Positions 28,541-37,524 of a stretch of 64,000 nt of DNA are shown in pieces. This DNA comes from Flavobacteriales bacterium (GTDB lineage: Bacteria; Bacteroidota; Bacteroidia; Flavobacteriales_F; PHOS-HE28): the NCBI GenBank assembly GCA_019638085.1, contig JAHBUL010000014.1, forward strand, positions 4,472 to 68,471, given 5' to 3'. The translations under genes and the position numbers were made by a program. Position 1 is the stretch's first letter. The number at the start of each line of letters is the position of its first letter. The notes beneath the pieces are model-generated. The model searched no databases and had not been told where the DNA came from. It worked only from the letters and a program-made list of their open reading frames with translations.

Positions 28541-30003
28541 TATTTCCGCATCAGTTCAAGGGTTTCCTTCAGTACTTCCACGTCATCGAAATGGTGGCGT
28601 ACGCCATGCACTTCCTGATAGGTCTCATGGCCTTTCCCTGCCACCAGGACCACTTCGCCGGGGGATGCCATGGCCACGGCTTGGCGGATGGCCTCACGCC
28701 GATCGGTGTTGACAAATGCCCTGGAGAGGTCCGCAGGCAACAGTCCTTTGCGCATCTCTTCAATGATGTCCATCGGCTCCTCGTTCCGCGGATTGTCGTT
28801 GGTGAGGATGATGCTGCGGCTCATGGACGCGGCAATCGCGGCCATCAGCGGACGCTTCGTGCGGTCCCGGTCGCCACCGCAGCCCACTACCGTGATCACG
28901 CGATCACGATCGCCACAGACGGCATTGATGGTGGAGAGCACGTTCTTCAACGCGTCCGGCGTATGCGCATAGTCCACGATCCCGATCACTCCGGTGCTGC
29001 CACGGATCACTTGGAAGCGGCCAGGAGGCGGTTCCAGATCACTGAGTGCCGTAAGTACGTCCAATGCCTGAAATCCCAGTAATACGGCCGAGGAATACAC
29101 CGCCAGGATGTTGCTCGCATTGAACTCCCCCACCAAGCGGGAGAACATGTCGTGCCCGTCGATATTGAGCTGCAGGCCGATGAGTTGGTTCTCGATGATC
29201 CGCGCCTTGTGATCGGCCATGTTGCGCACGGCGAAAGAGCTTTTGGACGCTTTGGTATTCTGCACCATCACGGCGCTATGGGAATCATCCGCGTTCACCA
29301 AGGCGATCGCATCCGCAGGCAGCTCATCGAAGAAGGTCTTCTTCGCATGGATATATGCATCGAAGGTGCCGTGATAATCGAGGTGATCATGGGTGATGTT
29401 GGTGAACACGCCCAGCACGAAACGCAGGCCTGCAATACGCTGCTGTACCACGGCGTGGCTGCTCACTTCCATAACACAGTGCGAGATGCCGGCCTCCACC
29501 ATTTGTGCGAGCAGCTCATTCAAGCGAAGCGGGTCGGGCGTGGTATGGGTTGCTGCCACCACTTCGCTTCCGATGCGGATATCCACGGTGGAGATCAGGC
29601 CGCTCTTGTGCCCCAAGGCACGTAGTAGCTTGTACAGCAAAGTGGCCACACTCGTCTTCCCGTTCGTGCCGGTGATGCCGATCAGCTTGAGCTTACGGTC
29701 CGGATGATCATAGTAATTGCCCGCCATGATGGCCAAGGCATGCCGACTATCCGCAACTCGCACGTAGGTGATACCGGCGCGAAGCTGCTTGGGAAGATCC
29801 TCGCAGATGATGGCTGCTGCGCCACTGTCAATTGCGGTTTCGATAAAAGCATGCCCATCACTGGCAGTGCCGCGCACGGCTATGAATGCAGTGAAGGGAA
29901 CCACCTGTCGGCTATCGAAGGTGATGTGCTCGATGGCGGTATTGGTATCGCCCACCACCTGTTCCAAGTGGGTGCGGTAGAGTATGTCCTTGAGCAGTTT
30001 CAT
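28540..30003 (-). CDS. murE: UDP-MurNAc-L-Ala-D-Glu:meso-DAP ligase
   Basis: [10 protein letters not shown] and a DNPR-type motif ([11 protein letters not shown]). Confidence 0.9.
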   Translation of the reverse strand: MKLLKDILYRTHLEQVVGDTNTAIEHITFDSRQVVPFTAFIAVRGTASDGHAFIETAIDSGAAAIICEDLPKQLRAGITYVRVADSRHALAIMAGNYYDHPDRKLKLIGITGTNGKTSVATLLYKLLRALGHKSGLISTVDIRIGSEVVAATHTTPDPLRLNELLAQMVEAGISHCVMEVSSHAVVQQRIAGLRFVLGVFTNITHDHLDYHGTFDAYIHAKKTFFDELPADAIALVNADDSHSAVMVQNTKASKSSFAVRNMADHKARIIENQLIGLQLNIDGHDMFSRLVGEFNASNILAVYSSAVLLGFQALDVLTALSDLEPPPGRFQVIRGSTGVIGIVDYAHTPDALKNVLSTINAVCGDRDRVITVVGCGGDRDRTKRPLMAAIAASMSRSIILTNDNPRNEEPMDIIEEMRKGLLPADLSRAFVNTDRREAIRQAVAMASPGEVVLVAGKGHETYQEVHGVRHHFDDVEVLKETLELMRK

Positions 30004-32114
30004 GTGGCGAGTTCAAGGGTCACGGTGGAGCCCTTCAGGGGGCGTGTTCCGGGTGCAGGGGTTTGCCGCTTCACCATGCCGCTGCCGGTGAGGCGCACGC
30101 GTAGGCCGTGGTTCTCCAGGATGTACATGGCATCGCGCAAGCCCATGCCGATCACGTTGGGCATCATGCCGGTCCCCTCCGCAGGTACGGCACGCGGGGC
30201 CACCACCACGGCGCTATCCGTGGCTTGCGTGGCGGCCCATTCACCGTCCCCCTCAATACGCACGGGGATGTTCAGGCCGTCCAATACCGTAAGCAGATCG
30301 GCCCTGTTGCCACCAAAGGATACCGGCGTTTGGAACACGCTGTCGGTCTGGGCCACGGTGGTCTGCATCTCCAGCCGATTGCTGTAGATCTTGTCCGCGA
30401 TCTCGCGGAACACAGGCCCGGCCACCACGTTTCCGTATACGCCGCGCATGCTGGGGGAGCTCACTACCACTATACACGTATACTGCGGCGCACCAGCCGG
30501 GAAGTAGCCTACGAATGAGGCTTGGTAACTCACGCCGTTCACCTTGTACCCCGCCTTGTTGGAAGCGATCTGGGCAGTGCCTGTCTTTCCCGCGATGCGG
30601 AAGTGGGCCGAACGCAGGTTCACGGCGGTACCGGAATCCACCACTCCTTCCAGCACACTGCGGATCTTCTGCAACGTGCCGTCGGAGCAAATACGTTCAT
30701 TGAGCGTTACGGGCGGAAAACGTTCGATCACCTTTCCATTCCTGGTGATGGAGCGAACGAATTGTGGTTGCACCATGCGCCCGTTATTGGCGATGGCATT
30801 ATAGAAGGTGAGCATGCGCAGCGGAGTTCCGCTCACCTCGTACCCGATGCTCATCCATGGTAGGCTGGTACCGCTCCAGAGCTTTTTGTCTTCGGGCCCC
30901 CGCAGCACGGGCATGCCTTCACCCGGAATACGGATACCCAAGGGAGAACCGAAGCCAAGCCCTCGGAGCCCTTCCACAAAACGTTTCGGGTCCCCCTTGT
31001 ACGCATTGTCAATGGCCTGTGAGATCCCTGTGTTACTACTGACCTCCAACGCTCTCCGCAAGCTGATCAGCCCATAACCTGCTTCATGGGAGTCCCGCAT
31101 CCAGCGGTCGTAGAACTTGTGCTTCCCGCCCCGGGTATCCACGATCTGGTCCAGCGATGCAAGCCCGTCCTCCATGGCCACCATCAGTGCGGCGATCTTG
31201 AAGGTGCTGCCCGGTTCCGTGCTGGCCCCTACCGCATAATTGTAATCCTCGGCGTAGCTGCTATCCTTCTGGATGGTGAGGTTGCTGATGGCCTTGATGT
31301 ACCCGGTCCGGGTCTCCATCACGACCACACAGCCATGGTGTGCACCGTTCTTTCTCAGTTGGGCAGCGAGCGCGGCATCCGCCACGTCCTGCAAGTTCAT
31401 ATCGATGGTGGTATGTACATCGCTTCCCGGTATGGGATCCTGCCCTTCTCCTCCATCCACCGGCATCCACACACCACCCGTCAGGCGGCGCTCCAATCGC
31501 TTGCCACGTATGCCTTGCAACCATTCCGCATAGCCGGCCTCCAAACCGATCGCCGTGCTGTCCTTCAGCAGATAGCCTACGGTGCGCGAGGCCAGTCGCC
31601 CAAAGGGGCGAATGCGCACCATGTGCTTGTCCGCAATGAATCCGCTGCGGTTGCGCCCCAACCTGAACAACGGCATCCGGCGCAGGCTCTGCAACTGCTC
31701 GTGATCGCAGCGCCGCTTGATCAGATGGTAGCGCTCTCCACGTGCGTAGGCATCCACCAAGCTCCGGCGGTAATCCTGCATGGAGCGATCGCCGAACAGC
31801 TCGGAAAGCTCCCAACTGAGTGAATCCACATTGGCCGCAAACACCTCTTTGGTAAGGCCATCGGCCCGCATGTCCATACGGATCTCATACTCCGGAACGC
31901 TGGTGGCCAACAAGCGATCATCGTCGCTGAAGATGTGCCCGCGCTCGGACTGGACGCTGCGCATGGCAGTGGCCACGTTCACCGCCTTGGCACGCCACTT
32001 ATCGCCTTCCATGATCTGGATAGTGAAAAGCTTCACCGCGATGGCAGCGCCGAACAGCATCAGCACCGCATACACCAAGGTGATGCGCAGGCGGAGTTTT
32101 TCGGGCTCGTTCAT
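30000..32114 (-). CDS. ftsI: Penicillin-binding protein 3 / FtsI transpeptidase with a C-terminal PASTA-like domain
   Basis: N-terminal TM, a dimerisation domain and the transpeptidase motifs STFK, SSN and KTGT. The C-terminal ~60 aa (MPNVIGMGLRDAMYILENHGLRVRLTGSGMVKRQTPAPGTRPLKGSTVTLEL) fit the PASTA consensus. Confidence 0.9.
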   Translation of the reverse strand: MNEPEKLRLRITLVYAVLMLFGAAIAVKLFTIQIMEGDKWRAKAVNVATAMRSVQSERGHIFSDDDRLLATSVPEYEIRMDMRADGLTKEVFAANVDSLSWELSELFGDRSMQDYRRSLVDAYARGERYHLIKRRCDHEQLQSLRRMPLFRLGRNRSGFIADKHMVRIRPFGRLASRTVGYLLKDSTAIGLEAGYAEWLQGIRGKRLERRLTGGVWMPVDGGEGQDPIPGSDVHTTIDMNLQDVADAALAAQLRKNGAHHGCVVVMETRTGYIKAISNLTIQKDSSYAEDYNYAVGASTEPGSTFKIAALMVAMEDGLASLDQIVDTRGGKHKFYDRWMRDSHEAGYGLISLRRALEVSSNTGISQAIDNAYKGDPKRFVEGLRGLGFGSPLGIRIPGEGMPVLRGPEDKKLWSGTSLPWMSIGYEVSGTPLRMLTFYNAIANNGRMVQPQFVRSITRNGKVIERFPPVTLNERICSDGTLQKIRSVLEGVVDSGTAVNLRSAHFRIAGKTGTAQIASNKAGYKVNGVSYQASFVGYFPAGAPQYTCIVVVSSPSMRGVYGNVVAGPVFREIADKIYSNRLEMQTTVAQTDSVFQTPVSFGGNRADLLTVLDGLNIPVRIEGDGEWAATQATDSAVVVAPRAVPAEGTGMMPNVIGMGLRDAMYILENHGLRVRLTGSGMVKRQTPAPGTRPLKGSTVTLELAT

Positions 32115-32521
32115 GGCCTGGTGCGTTGTGCTTCCAATTCCTTCTTGTCCACGGTGATCCGCAATGGCGGTTCCCGGCTTTCACGCAGGCCCATATCACC
32201 GATATCATCCGCCACTTGGCTTTGCCGCTCGGAACGCTCCAGATGGCTGCGCACGGTGATGTACTCCGAGCGCATCTCCTTCAGCTCACTACTGGTGCGG
32301 TCCAGTTCGCGCACGGTGCGCTCGGTCCAATAACCGTAGCCGATGTACGAGAGCATCAACCCGGCCACGAACAGGAGGAAGGGCATATTGGACAACACCT
32401 TCTCCCGCGTGAGGAAGGTTCCGTTCAACACGTTCACCAACCCGCGTGAGAACGTGCGGCGGCGGCGTGGCTTCTTGTCCTTCACCTTTTTCTCCGGTAT
32501 GTCCTTCTTACGCTTGTTCAC
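32111..32521 (-). CDS. ftsL: Cell division protein FtsL-like (single TM + coiled coil)
   Basis: A 136-aa protein with a basic N-terminus, one TM (FLLFVAGLMLSYIGYGYW) and a coiled coil. It sits between rsmH and ftsI. Confidence 0.65.
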   Translation of the reverse strand: MNKRKKDIPEKKVKDKKPRRRRTFSRGLVNVLNGTFLTREKVLSNMPFLLFVAGLMLSYIGYGYWTERTVRELDRTSSELKEMRSEYITVRSHLERSERQSQVADDIGDMGLRESREPPLRITVDKKELEAQRTRP

Positions 32522-33432
32522 TGCCGTACTGCTGTTCGGAGCCGCGCACTGCGCGCCCGCGGATTTTCCAATTGCTCTTTTTCAGAAGGCTGCACCGCCT
32601 TGCTCTGTGTGGGTTTGAAGGGCCGAAGGCTGTTGCCGAACAGGTCCTTCTCTTCCTTCCCTTGCAGGTGACCCGCACGCATCCAATTCTTCACCAGGCG
32701 ATCTTCCAAGCTGTGATAGCTCATCACCACCAACCTTCCGCCGGGCTTGACCACCTCCGCGCTCACCTCCAACAGGCGCTCCAACGAGGCCAGTTCATCA
32801 TTCACGGCGATACGCAGCGCTTGGAAGACCTGGGCCAGAAAGCCATGCTCCTCGCCTCGGCGTGCCATGGGACGCAGGATCTCCACCAGCTGGAACGTGG
32901 TCGAGATCCGTTCCTGCGTGCGGGCCTGCACCAAGCGGCGGGCGACCTTGTGGGCATTATGCACCTCACCATAGGTGTTCAGTAGATCCGTGAGCGCTCG
33001 TTCATCCAAGCTGTTCACCAGGTCCGCTGCCGTGCGCTTCGCCTGCTGGTTCATCCGCATGTCCAGCGGGGCATCGAACCGGAAGCTGAAGCCACGCTCA
33101 GCTGTATCGAACTGGTGGCTGCTTACTCCTAGATCAGCCAGAAGCCCGTCGACAGGGAGCTTTCCAAGGAAGCGTAGATGGTTGGCCACCCACCGGAAAT
33201 CCGATGCCACTAGAGTGAAACGGGGATCATCAGGAGCGTTACTGCGTGCGTCAGCATCCCGATCGAACGCGACCAACGACCCTTCGGGGCCCAACTGAGC
33301 GAGGATGGCCCTGCTGTGGCCGCCACCACCGAACGTCACATCCACATAAGTGCCGTCGGGGCGGATGGCGAGGGCATCAAGACACTCTTGCAGGAGAACA
33401 GGCTCATGGTATGTGAGGTGTTGCCCCGTCAT
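32518..33432 (-). CDS. rsmH: 16S rRNA (cytosine1402-N4)-methyltransferase RsmH/MraW
   Basis: HEPVLLQE...YVDVTFGGGGHS SAM motif. The annotated start overlaps mraZ by 29 nt. Confidence 0.9.
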   Translation of the reverse strand: MTGQHLTYHEPVLLQECLDALAIRPDGTYVDVTFGGGGHSRAILAQLGPEGSLVAFDRDADARSNAPDDPRFTLVASDFRWVANHLRFLGKLPVDGLLADLGVSSHQFDTAERGFSFRFDAPLDMRMNQQAKRTAADLVNSLDERALTDLLNTYGEVHNAHKVARRLVQARTQERISTTFQLVEILRPMARRGEEHGFLAQVFQALRIAVNDELASLERLLEVSAEVVKPGGRLVVMSYHSLEDRLVKNWMRAGHLQGKEEKDLFGNSLRPFKPTQSKAVQPSEKEQLENPRARSARLRTAVRQ

Positions 33433-33880
33433 TTCCCAAACTGCCCATTACGTCCTCCGCCAGTGCAGAGAGGTCCACTTTTTCGCGGCGCATCTGCGCA
33501 TAGCCCGCCTTGCTCCATACTTCCACGCGATCGCCCAAGCCCACGAGCTTGAGATCCTTGGCCAGCTTGGGGTCGTCCATCAAAGCCTTGGGCAACAGCA
33601 ATCGGCCGCTGCCATCCAGTTCCAGATGGGTGGCGCCGGCGGTGAATCGCCGGATGAATTCCATGTTCTTCTCCACGAAGCGGTTCAACCGGCCCAGCAT
33701 GCGATTGGTGTCGTCCCAGACCTGTTGCGGGTAGAGCACCAAGCAAGGCCGGAACACATCGCGATTGATCACGAAGCCGCGCGAGAGCGAATCGGCCAAC
33801 TGCTTCTTCAACCCGGCAGGGAGCACCAAACGCCCCTTGGCGTCCAGTCGCACATCGTATTCGCCGAGTAGGTTGAGCAT
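33404..33880 (-). CDS. mraZ: Transcriptional regulator MraZ
   Basis: Two MraZ repeats containing DxxxR motifs (DAKGRLVLP; DGSGRLLLP). It is the first gene of the dcw cluster. Confidence 0.9.
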   Translation of the reverse strand: MLNLLGEYDVRLDAKGRLVLPAGLKKQLADSLSRGFVINRDVFRPCLVLYPQQVWDDTNRMLGRLNRFVEKNMEFIRRFTAGATHLELDGSGRLLLPKALMDDPKLAKDLKLVGLGDRVEVWSKAGYAQMRREKVDLSALAEDVMGSLGNDGATPHIP

Positions 33881-33925
33881 TGGTGATCATCGTGGGTGCC
33901 GCTGGCTGCGAAAGTAGGACCATTG

Positions 33926-33965
33926 CCCCACTTTGCCCCATATAACCCCACTTTGTTCAAAACTA
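33926..33965 (-). promoter_or_regulatory. dcw (Pmra) promoter -7 box plus three 10-bp-phased MraZ-operator-like direct repeats
   Basis: On the minus strand TAGTTTTG (plus 33958-33965) matches the Bacteroidota -7 consensus TAnnTTTG. Directly downstream are CAAAGTGGGG / TTATATGGGG / CAAAGTGGGG, seen as plus-strand CCCCA at 33926, 33936 and 33946. This reproduces the (G/A)TGGG x3 at 10-bp spacing known for MraZ operators. Confidence 0.5.
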
Positions 33966-34212
33966 TTGTCCGACAAAGCTAGTTCATCGCATGCAAACAA
34001 CACGTATGGTCCTGATAATAGTGGAATTTCTGGAAGTGGCGCAAAGTGGAGCAGAATCCCGGAAATGAACCTGATCGGCCCATTGTGGAAAACCTTCCAT
34101 CCAAGCGCGTTGATGCTTGATCCGCGCCCATTCCACCCTTTCGCATAGGGCATCCCCTGCTACGAGCCACACACTTTCCTCCGGCCATCCATCGTGTACT
34201 GGCGCTGTGCCC

Positions 34213-34220
34213 TACATTTG
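34213..34220 (+). promoter_or_regulatory. Bacteroidota-type -7 promoter element for the hydrolase gene
   Basis: TACATTTG is an exact match to TAnnTTTG, and the ATG follows 18 nt downstream. Confidence 0.4.
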
Positions 34221-34237
34221 GGCATCCACGAGCAAGC

Positions 34238-34999
34238 ATGGCGCAAGAGCTGAAGGAGGCAGGGGAGTTCAGGTACATCGACGCGGGCGAAGGCCCACCA
34301 CTGCTGTTCCTGCATGGTTTGTTCGGGGCACTCAGCAACTTCGAGGAGACGATCGCCTATTTCTCGGATCGGTACCGGGTGATCATGCCCATCCTGCCGC
34401 TCTACTCCCTGCCCATGCTGAATACCAACGTGAAAGCACTGGCCGGTTTCCTGGACCGATTCGTGAAGCATTTGGGCCTGAAGGACCTCAACCTGCTGGG
34501 CAATTCACTCGGTGGCCATGTAGCCTTGGTCTATTGCAGCTTACACGCGGAAAACGTGCGGACATTGACCTTGACCGGCAGCAGCGGGCTCTATGAGAAT
34601 GCCTTTGGCGGCGGCTTTCCCCGGCGCGAGGACAAGGAGTTCATCCGCAGGAAAGTGGCCCTCACTTTCCACGATCCCAAATTCGCAACGGAGGAACTGG
34701 TGGAGGAATGTTTTGTGACCGTGAACGACCGGGCGAAACTGATCCGCATCCTCTCACTGGCCAAGAGCGCGATCCGCCACAACATGGCCGGGGAGCTCCC
34801 GAAAATGAAGATGCCGGTTTGTCTGATCTGGGGCAAGCAGGACACCATCACTCCGCCCCATGTGGCCGAGGAGTTCAACGCACTGATCCCCAATAGTGAA
34901 CTATTCTGGATCGATGAGTGCGGCCATGCCGCCATGATGGAAAAGCCTGCCGAGTTCAACGGCATCATGGACCGTTGGCTTGAGAAGACACTTCGGTGA
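34238..34999 (+). CDS. Alpha/beta-fold hydrolase
   Basis: HG-box LLFLHGLFG and nucleophile elbow GNSLGG. The catalytic His lies near the C-terminus (CGHAAMMEKP). Confidence 0.8.
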   Translation: MAQELKEAGEFRYIDAGEGPPLLFLHGLFGALSNFEETIAYFSDRYRVIMPILPLYSLPMLNTNVKALAGFLDRFVKHLGLKDLNLLGNSLGGHVALVYCSLHAENVRTLTLTGSSGLYENAFGGGFPRREDKEFIRRKVALTFHDPKFATEELVEECFVTVNDRAKLIRILSLAKSAIRHNMAGELPKMKMPVCLIWGKQDTITPPHVAEEFNALIPNSELFWIDECGHAAMMEKPAEFNGIMDRWLEKTLR

Positions 35000-35014
35000 T
35001 GGGTCTCAAGTGTA

Positions 35015-35034
35015 CAGTTGTCGGTTGCCAGTTA
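35015..35034 (+). repeat. Copy of a short GTTGTCNGTTGCC-type repeat, 15 nt after the hydrolase stop
   Basis: cagttgtcggttgccagtta. Family members occur at 35206-35234 (inverted), 35867-35896 and 36086-36107. Confidence 0.5.
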
Positions 35035-35205
35035 CCAGCGTTTCGTTCGGCATTTGGTCCGTTGTGGCAAGGGCTTGAGGATGGGGCCGTTCATTGTTTT
35101 CCATCCCCAAGCCTCGAAGCCTCTCACGGCCTGGAGTAACGCCCCCTTCTCCCAAGGAAAAGGGAAGGGGATGAGAGCGGTAGCCCCCAATTAGGACAGC
35201 CCTGA

Positions 35206-35234
35206 AAACTGACAACGAACAACTGACAACTGCC
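35206..35234 (-). repeat. Inverted copy of the same repeat family, ending 5 nt before the engB ATG
   Basis: The plus strand reads aaactgacaacgaacaactgacaactgcc, the reverse complement of GGCAGTTGTCAGTTGTTCGTTGTCAGTTT. Confidence 0.5.
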
Positions 35235-35238
35235 TAAA

Positions 35239-35859
35239 ATGGAAAACCTCAGGGCCGAGCACCTCGGTAGTGGCCGGGAAGCGGAGCATTGGCCAAAGCC
35301 GAACCTGCCGGAATATGCATTTATCGGGCGAAGCAACGTGGGCAAGAGTTCCTTGATCAACATGCTGGTGGGCATCCATCGCTTGGCCCGTGTAAGCGGC
35401 ACGCCGGGCCGAACCCGCAATGTGGAGCACTTTCGCGTAGAGCCACCAAAAGGAAAAGGGCAAGCTTGGATGCTCGCCGATCTTCCGGGGTACGGCTTCG
35501 CCAAGACCAGCAAAGCCGAACGCGCAACATGGCAGGTGATGATCCGGAACTACCTGCGCGAAAGGGAGAACCTGCAATGCGTCTTCCTGCTGGTGGATGT
35601 GCGGCACGAACCGCAGCAGAACGACCTGGACATGATCCAGTGGCTGGGTGAGGAAGGCATACCGTTCGTTATCCTCTTCACTAAAAGCGACAAGCTCAAG
35701 CAGCCGTCCATCGTACGAAATGTGGCACATCTGAAACGGACGTTGAAGAAGACCTGGGAGACGCTCCCCCACCTCATTATCACCTCAGCCGAGTCCGGTA
35801 AGGGTCGCGAAGAGGTACTGGAATTCATCACCGATGTGAATTCGCGATGGGGTTCTTAG
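35239..35859 (+). CDS. engB: Ribosome-biogenesis GTPase EngB/YihA/YsxC
   Basis: G1 GRSNVGKSS, G3 DLPGYG and G4 TKSDK. The length of 206 aa fits the family. Confidence 0.85.
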   Translation: MENLRAEHLGSGREAEHWPKPNLPEYAFIGRSNVGKSSLINMLVGIHRLARVSGTPGRTRNVEHFRVEPPKGKGQAWMLADLPGYGFAKTSKAERATWQVMIRNYLRERENLQCVFLLVDVRHEPQQNDLDMIQWLGEEGIPFVILFTKSDKLKQPSIVRNVAHLKRTLKKTWETLPHLIITSAESGKGREEVLEFITDVNSRWGS

Positions 35860-35866
35860 GGCGTAG

Positions 35867-35896
35867 TTGTCAGTTGCCGGTTGTCCGTTGTCAGGC
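35867..35896 (+). repeat. Repeat-family copy 8 nt after the engB stop
   Basis: gttgtcagttgccggttgtccgttgtcagg. Confidence 0.5.
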
Positions 35897-36085
35897 GTTC
35901 TTGGCCAGTTTCCGAACGCTTTTCAATTCCTCTCATCCAGCTGAGCCGGTCCACGCTTGAAGCCCGGATCCAGCGAGGTAGGCGCTTGCAGTGTCCAGCT
36001 TACAACCAGCATCACCTATGCCCCAGGGGTGTTGAAAGCACAGTGACCTGTGTTGGCCATTGGGCCCGAAGTCGGACCTGGCAAT

Positions 36086-36107
36086 GGACAACCGGCACCG
36101 GACAACT
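36086..36107 (-). repeat. Repeat-family copy immediately 3' of gldC in the sense orientation of gldC
   Basis: The minus strand reads AGTTGTCCGGTGCCGGTTGTCC and abuts the gldC stop. Confidence 0.45.
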
Positions 36108-36441
36108 ATTTCTTCAGCTCCGGCAACATGTGCTCCGCGAAGTACGCTGCAAAATCCCGCATTTGCGCCGCCATCTTGTCCTCGCCAGTGGCCCGTTCGA
36201 AGGTATCGGCAAGCGTGAGGAAGTTCTGGTGAAAGAACGCCTTCATTTCGTCCGTGGTCATCTCCTTGGTCCACAGGTCGATGCGCATGGTGTTGAGCTC
36301 ATTCGCATCCCATAAGGAAAGCAACATGGCCTTGCTCACACCCAGGGATTCGGCATCCTCGGCCTCCCATTCAATGCGCTCGGGCACTTTGTTCTCATCC
36401 AGTTGCACGTGGATGCGGATCTCGGAAACTTTCTTGCTCAT
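36106..36441 (-). CDS. gldC: Gliding motility protein GldC
   Basis: MSKKVSEIRIHVQLDENKVPERIEWEAEDAE... matches the GldC N-terminal signature. The ~111-aa protein lies directly downstream of gldB, as in Flavobacterium johnsoniae. Start is at the ATG at 36441. Confidence 0.75.
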   Translation of the reverse strand: MSKKVSEIRIHVQLDENKVPERIEWEAEDAESLGVSKAMLLSLWDANELNTMRIDLWTKEMTTDEMKAFFHQNFLTLADTFERATGEDKMAAQMRDFAAYFAEHMLPELKK

Positions 36442-36464
36442 GGATAGGGGCCGTTGATCTGTAT

Positions 36465-37502
36465 TCAACGGGGTTTGTAGGTTTTGAGGATCGCCTGCGG
36501 ATCGCGCATGGCAAAAAGCTCGGCAAAGGTGGTCTTCGGATGGGCCTTCAGGTAACTGCTCACCATGCGATAGCCGATCCACTCGCCGATGTGGCCCGGG
36601 CTTTCACGCGGGAATCCAGGAGTGAACGGCCCATCGTTGAGGAAGCGGTCCACCTCCTTGGGGTCCTTGGAGTAGAGCAGTTCCTTCGCCACGATCTCTC
36701 TCCAGATATTGAATTCGTTGTCCTCGCACCATTTCAACTGCTGTGGTGTGAAGGCGAATTTGAGGCTGGCATCAGTTCCTGGCAGCAGATCATCTAATAA
36801 GGCCATCACCTTGCCGATCACCACCAAGTTGGTAAGCAGGTCCTCACCGCGGACGTCCCTGGTATAGTGTACTTGAAGCCAGCCCTTCACCACACTGGGC
36901 ACCAGCATCTCCGGGCGCATGCGCTCCTTGCGATATTGCGGGAACACATCGGGCGAGAGGTACTGCACCACCGGACTGCTGCGGCCAACGAACCATTCCA
37001 CCCCGAAGCCGAGTACACTATCCGTGGGCAACACCCCATAATTGAAGCCTGAATTAAAGGCGATGATGCGTGGGGTGAGGCTATCCGGGAAGAAGGCCTT
37101 CAGGCGACCGAAGGCCTCATTGAAATCCGCCTCCTGCTGCTCCATATCTCCTAATAGGCTATCCGCCGTCCGCTGCACAGCGCTCCAATCCGGGTCGTGC
37201 GTAAAGCTGATCAGGGCCATGGGTAGGCGCGGATCATTGAAGGGAGCGGCCTGAAGCACTTGTTCCACATACATCTTGTAGAACTCACCGTACTCGGCGT
37301 ACAACTTAAGGTTGAAATTCCCTGCGGTATCAGCCACCGATCGGAACAGATCCTGGTCCAAGCGCTCGATCCGGATATGTGGATCCACTGACTCGGGTAG
37401 GTCCCTACGGCCCTCATTCCCTCCGCACCCCAATAGGACAAGGAGAACAAAACACCCCACAATACTGTTTCCGTGGCCGAAGCCGATCTTACCTTTGGCC
37501 AT
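36465..37502 (-). CDS. gldB: Gliding motility lipoprotein GldB
   Basis: A ~345-aa lipoprotein (lipobox LLGC) immediately upstream of gldC. Size and organisation match the gldB-gldC operon. Confidence 0.7.
   Translation of the reverse strand: MAKGKIGFGHGNSIVGCFVLLVLLGCGGNEGRRDLPESVDPHIRIERLDQDLFRSVADTAGNFNLKLYAEYGEFYKMYVEQVLQAAPFNDPRLPMALISFTHDPDWSAVQRTADSLLGDMEQQEADFNEAFGRLKAFFPDSLTPRIIAFNSGFNYGVLPTDSVLGFGVEWFVGRSSPVVQYLSPDVFPQYRKERMRPEMLVPSVVKGWLQVHYTRDVRGEDLLTNLVVIGKVMALLDDLLPGTDASLKFAFTPQQLKWCEDNEFNIWREIVAKELLYSKDPKEVDRFLNDGPFTPGFPRESPGHIGEWIGYRMVSSYLKAHPKTTFAELFAMRDPQAILKTYKPR
37490..37497 (+). promoter_or_regulatory. -7 promoter element (TACCTTTG) for the outer-membrane beta-barrel protein gene
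   Basis: Matches TAnnTTTG, 27 nt upstream of ATG 37525. It overlaps the divergent gldB start codon. Confidence 0.4.
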
Positions 37503-37524
37503 TACTCAACTTGCGCACAAACCT

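Noticed and set aside
34021-34050. Second set of GTGG repeats (plus strand) upstream of the dcw promoter
   Set aside because: Spacing is irregular (15 and 10 bp) and the core is only GTGG(A). It is mentioned in the Pmra finding but not called as a separate site.
35881-36315. 144-aa plus-strand ORF overlapping gldC and the repeat elements
   Set aside because: Overlaps the well-supported gldC on the opposite strand and spans non-coding repeats. It is Arg-rich and low complexity.
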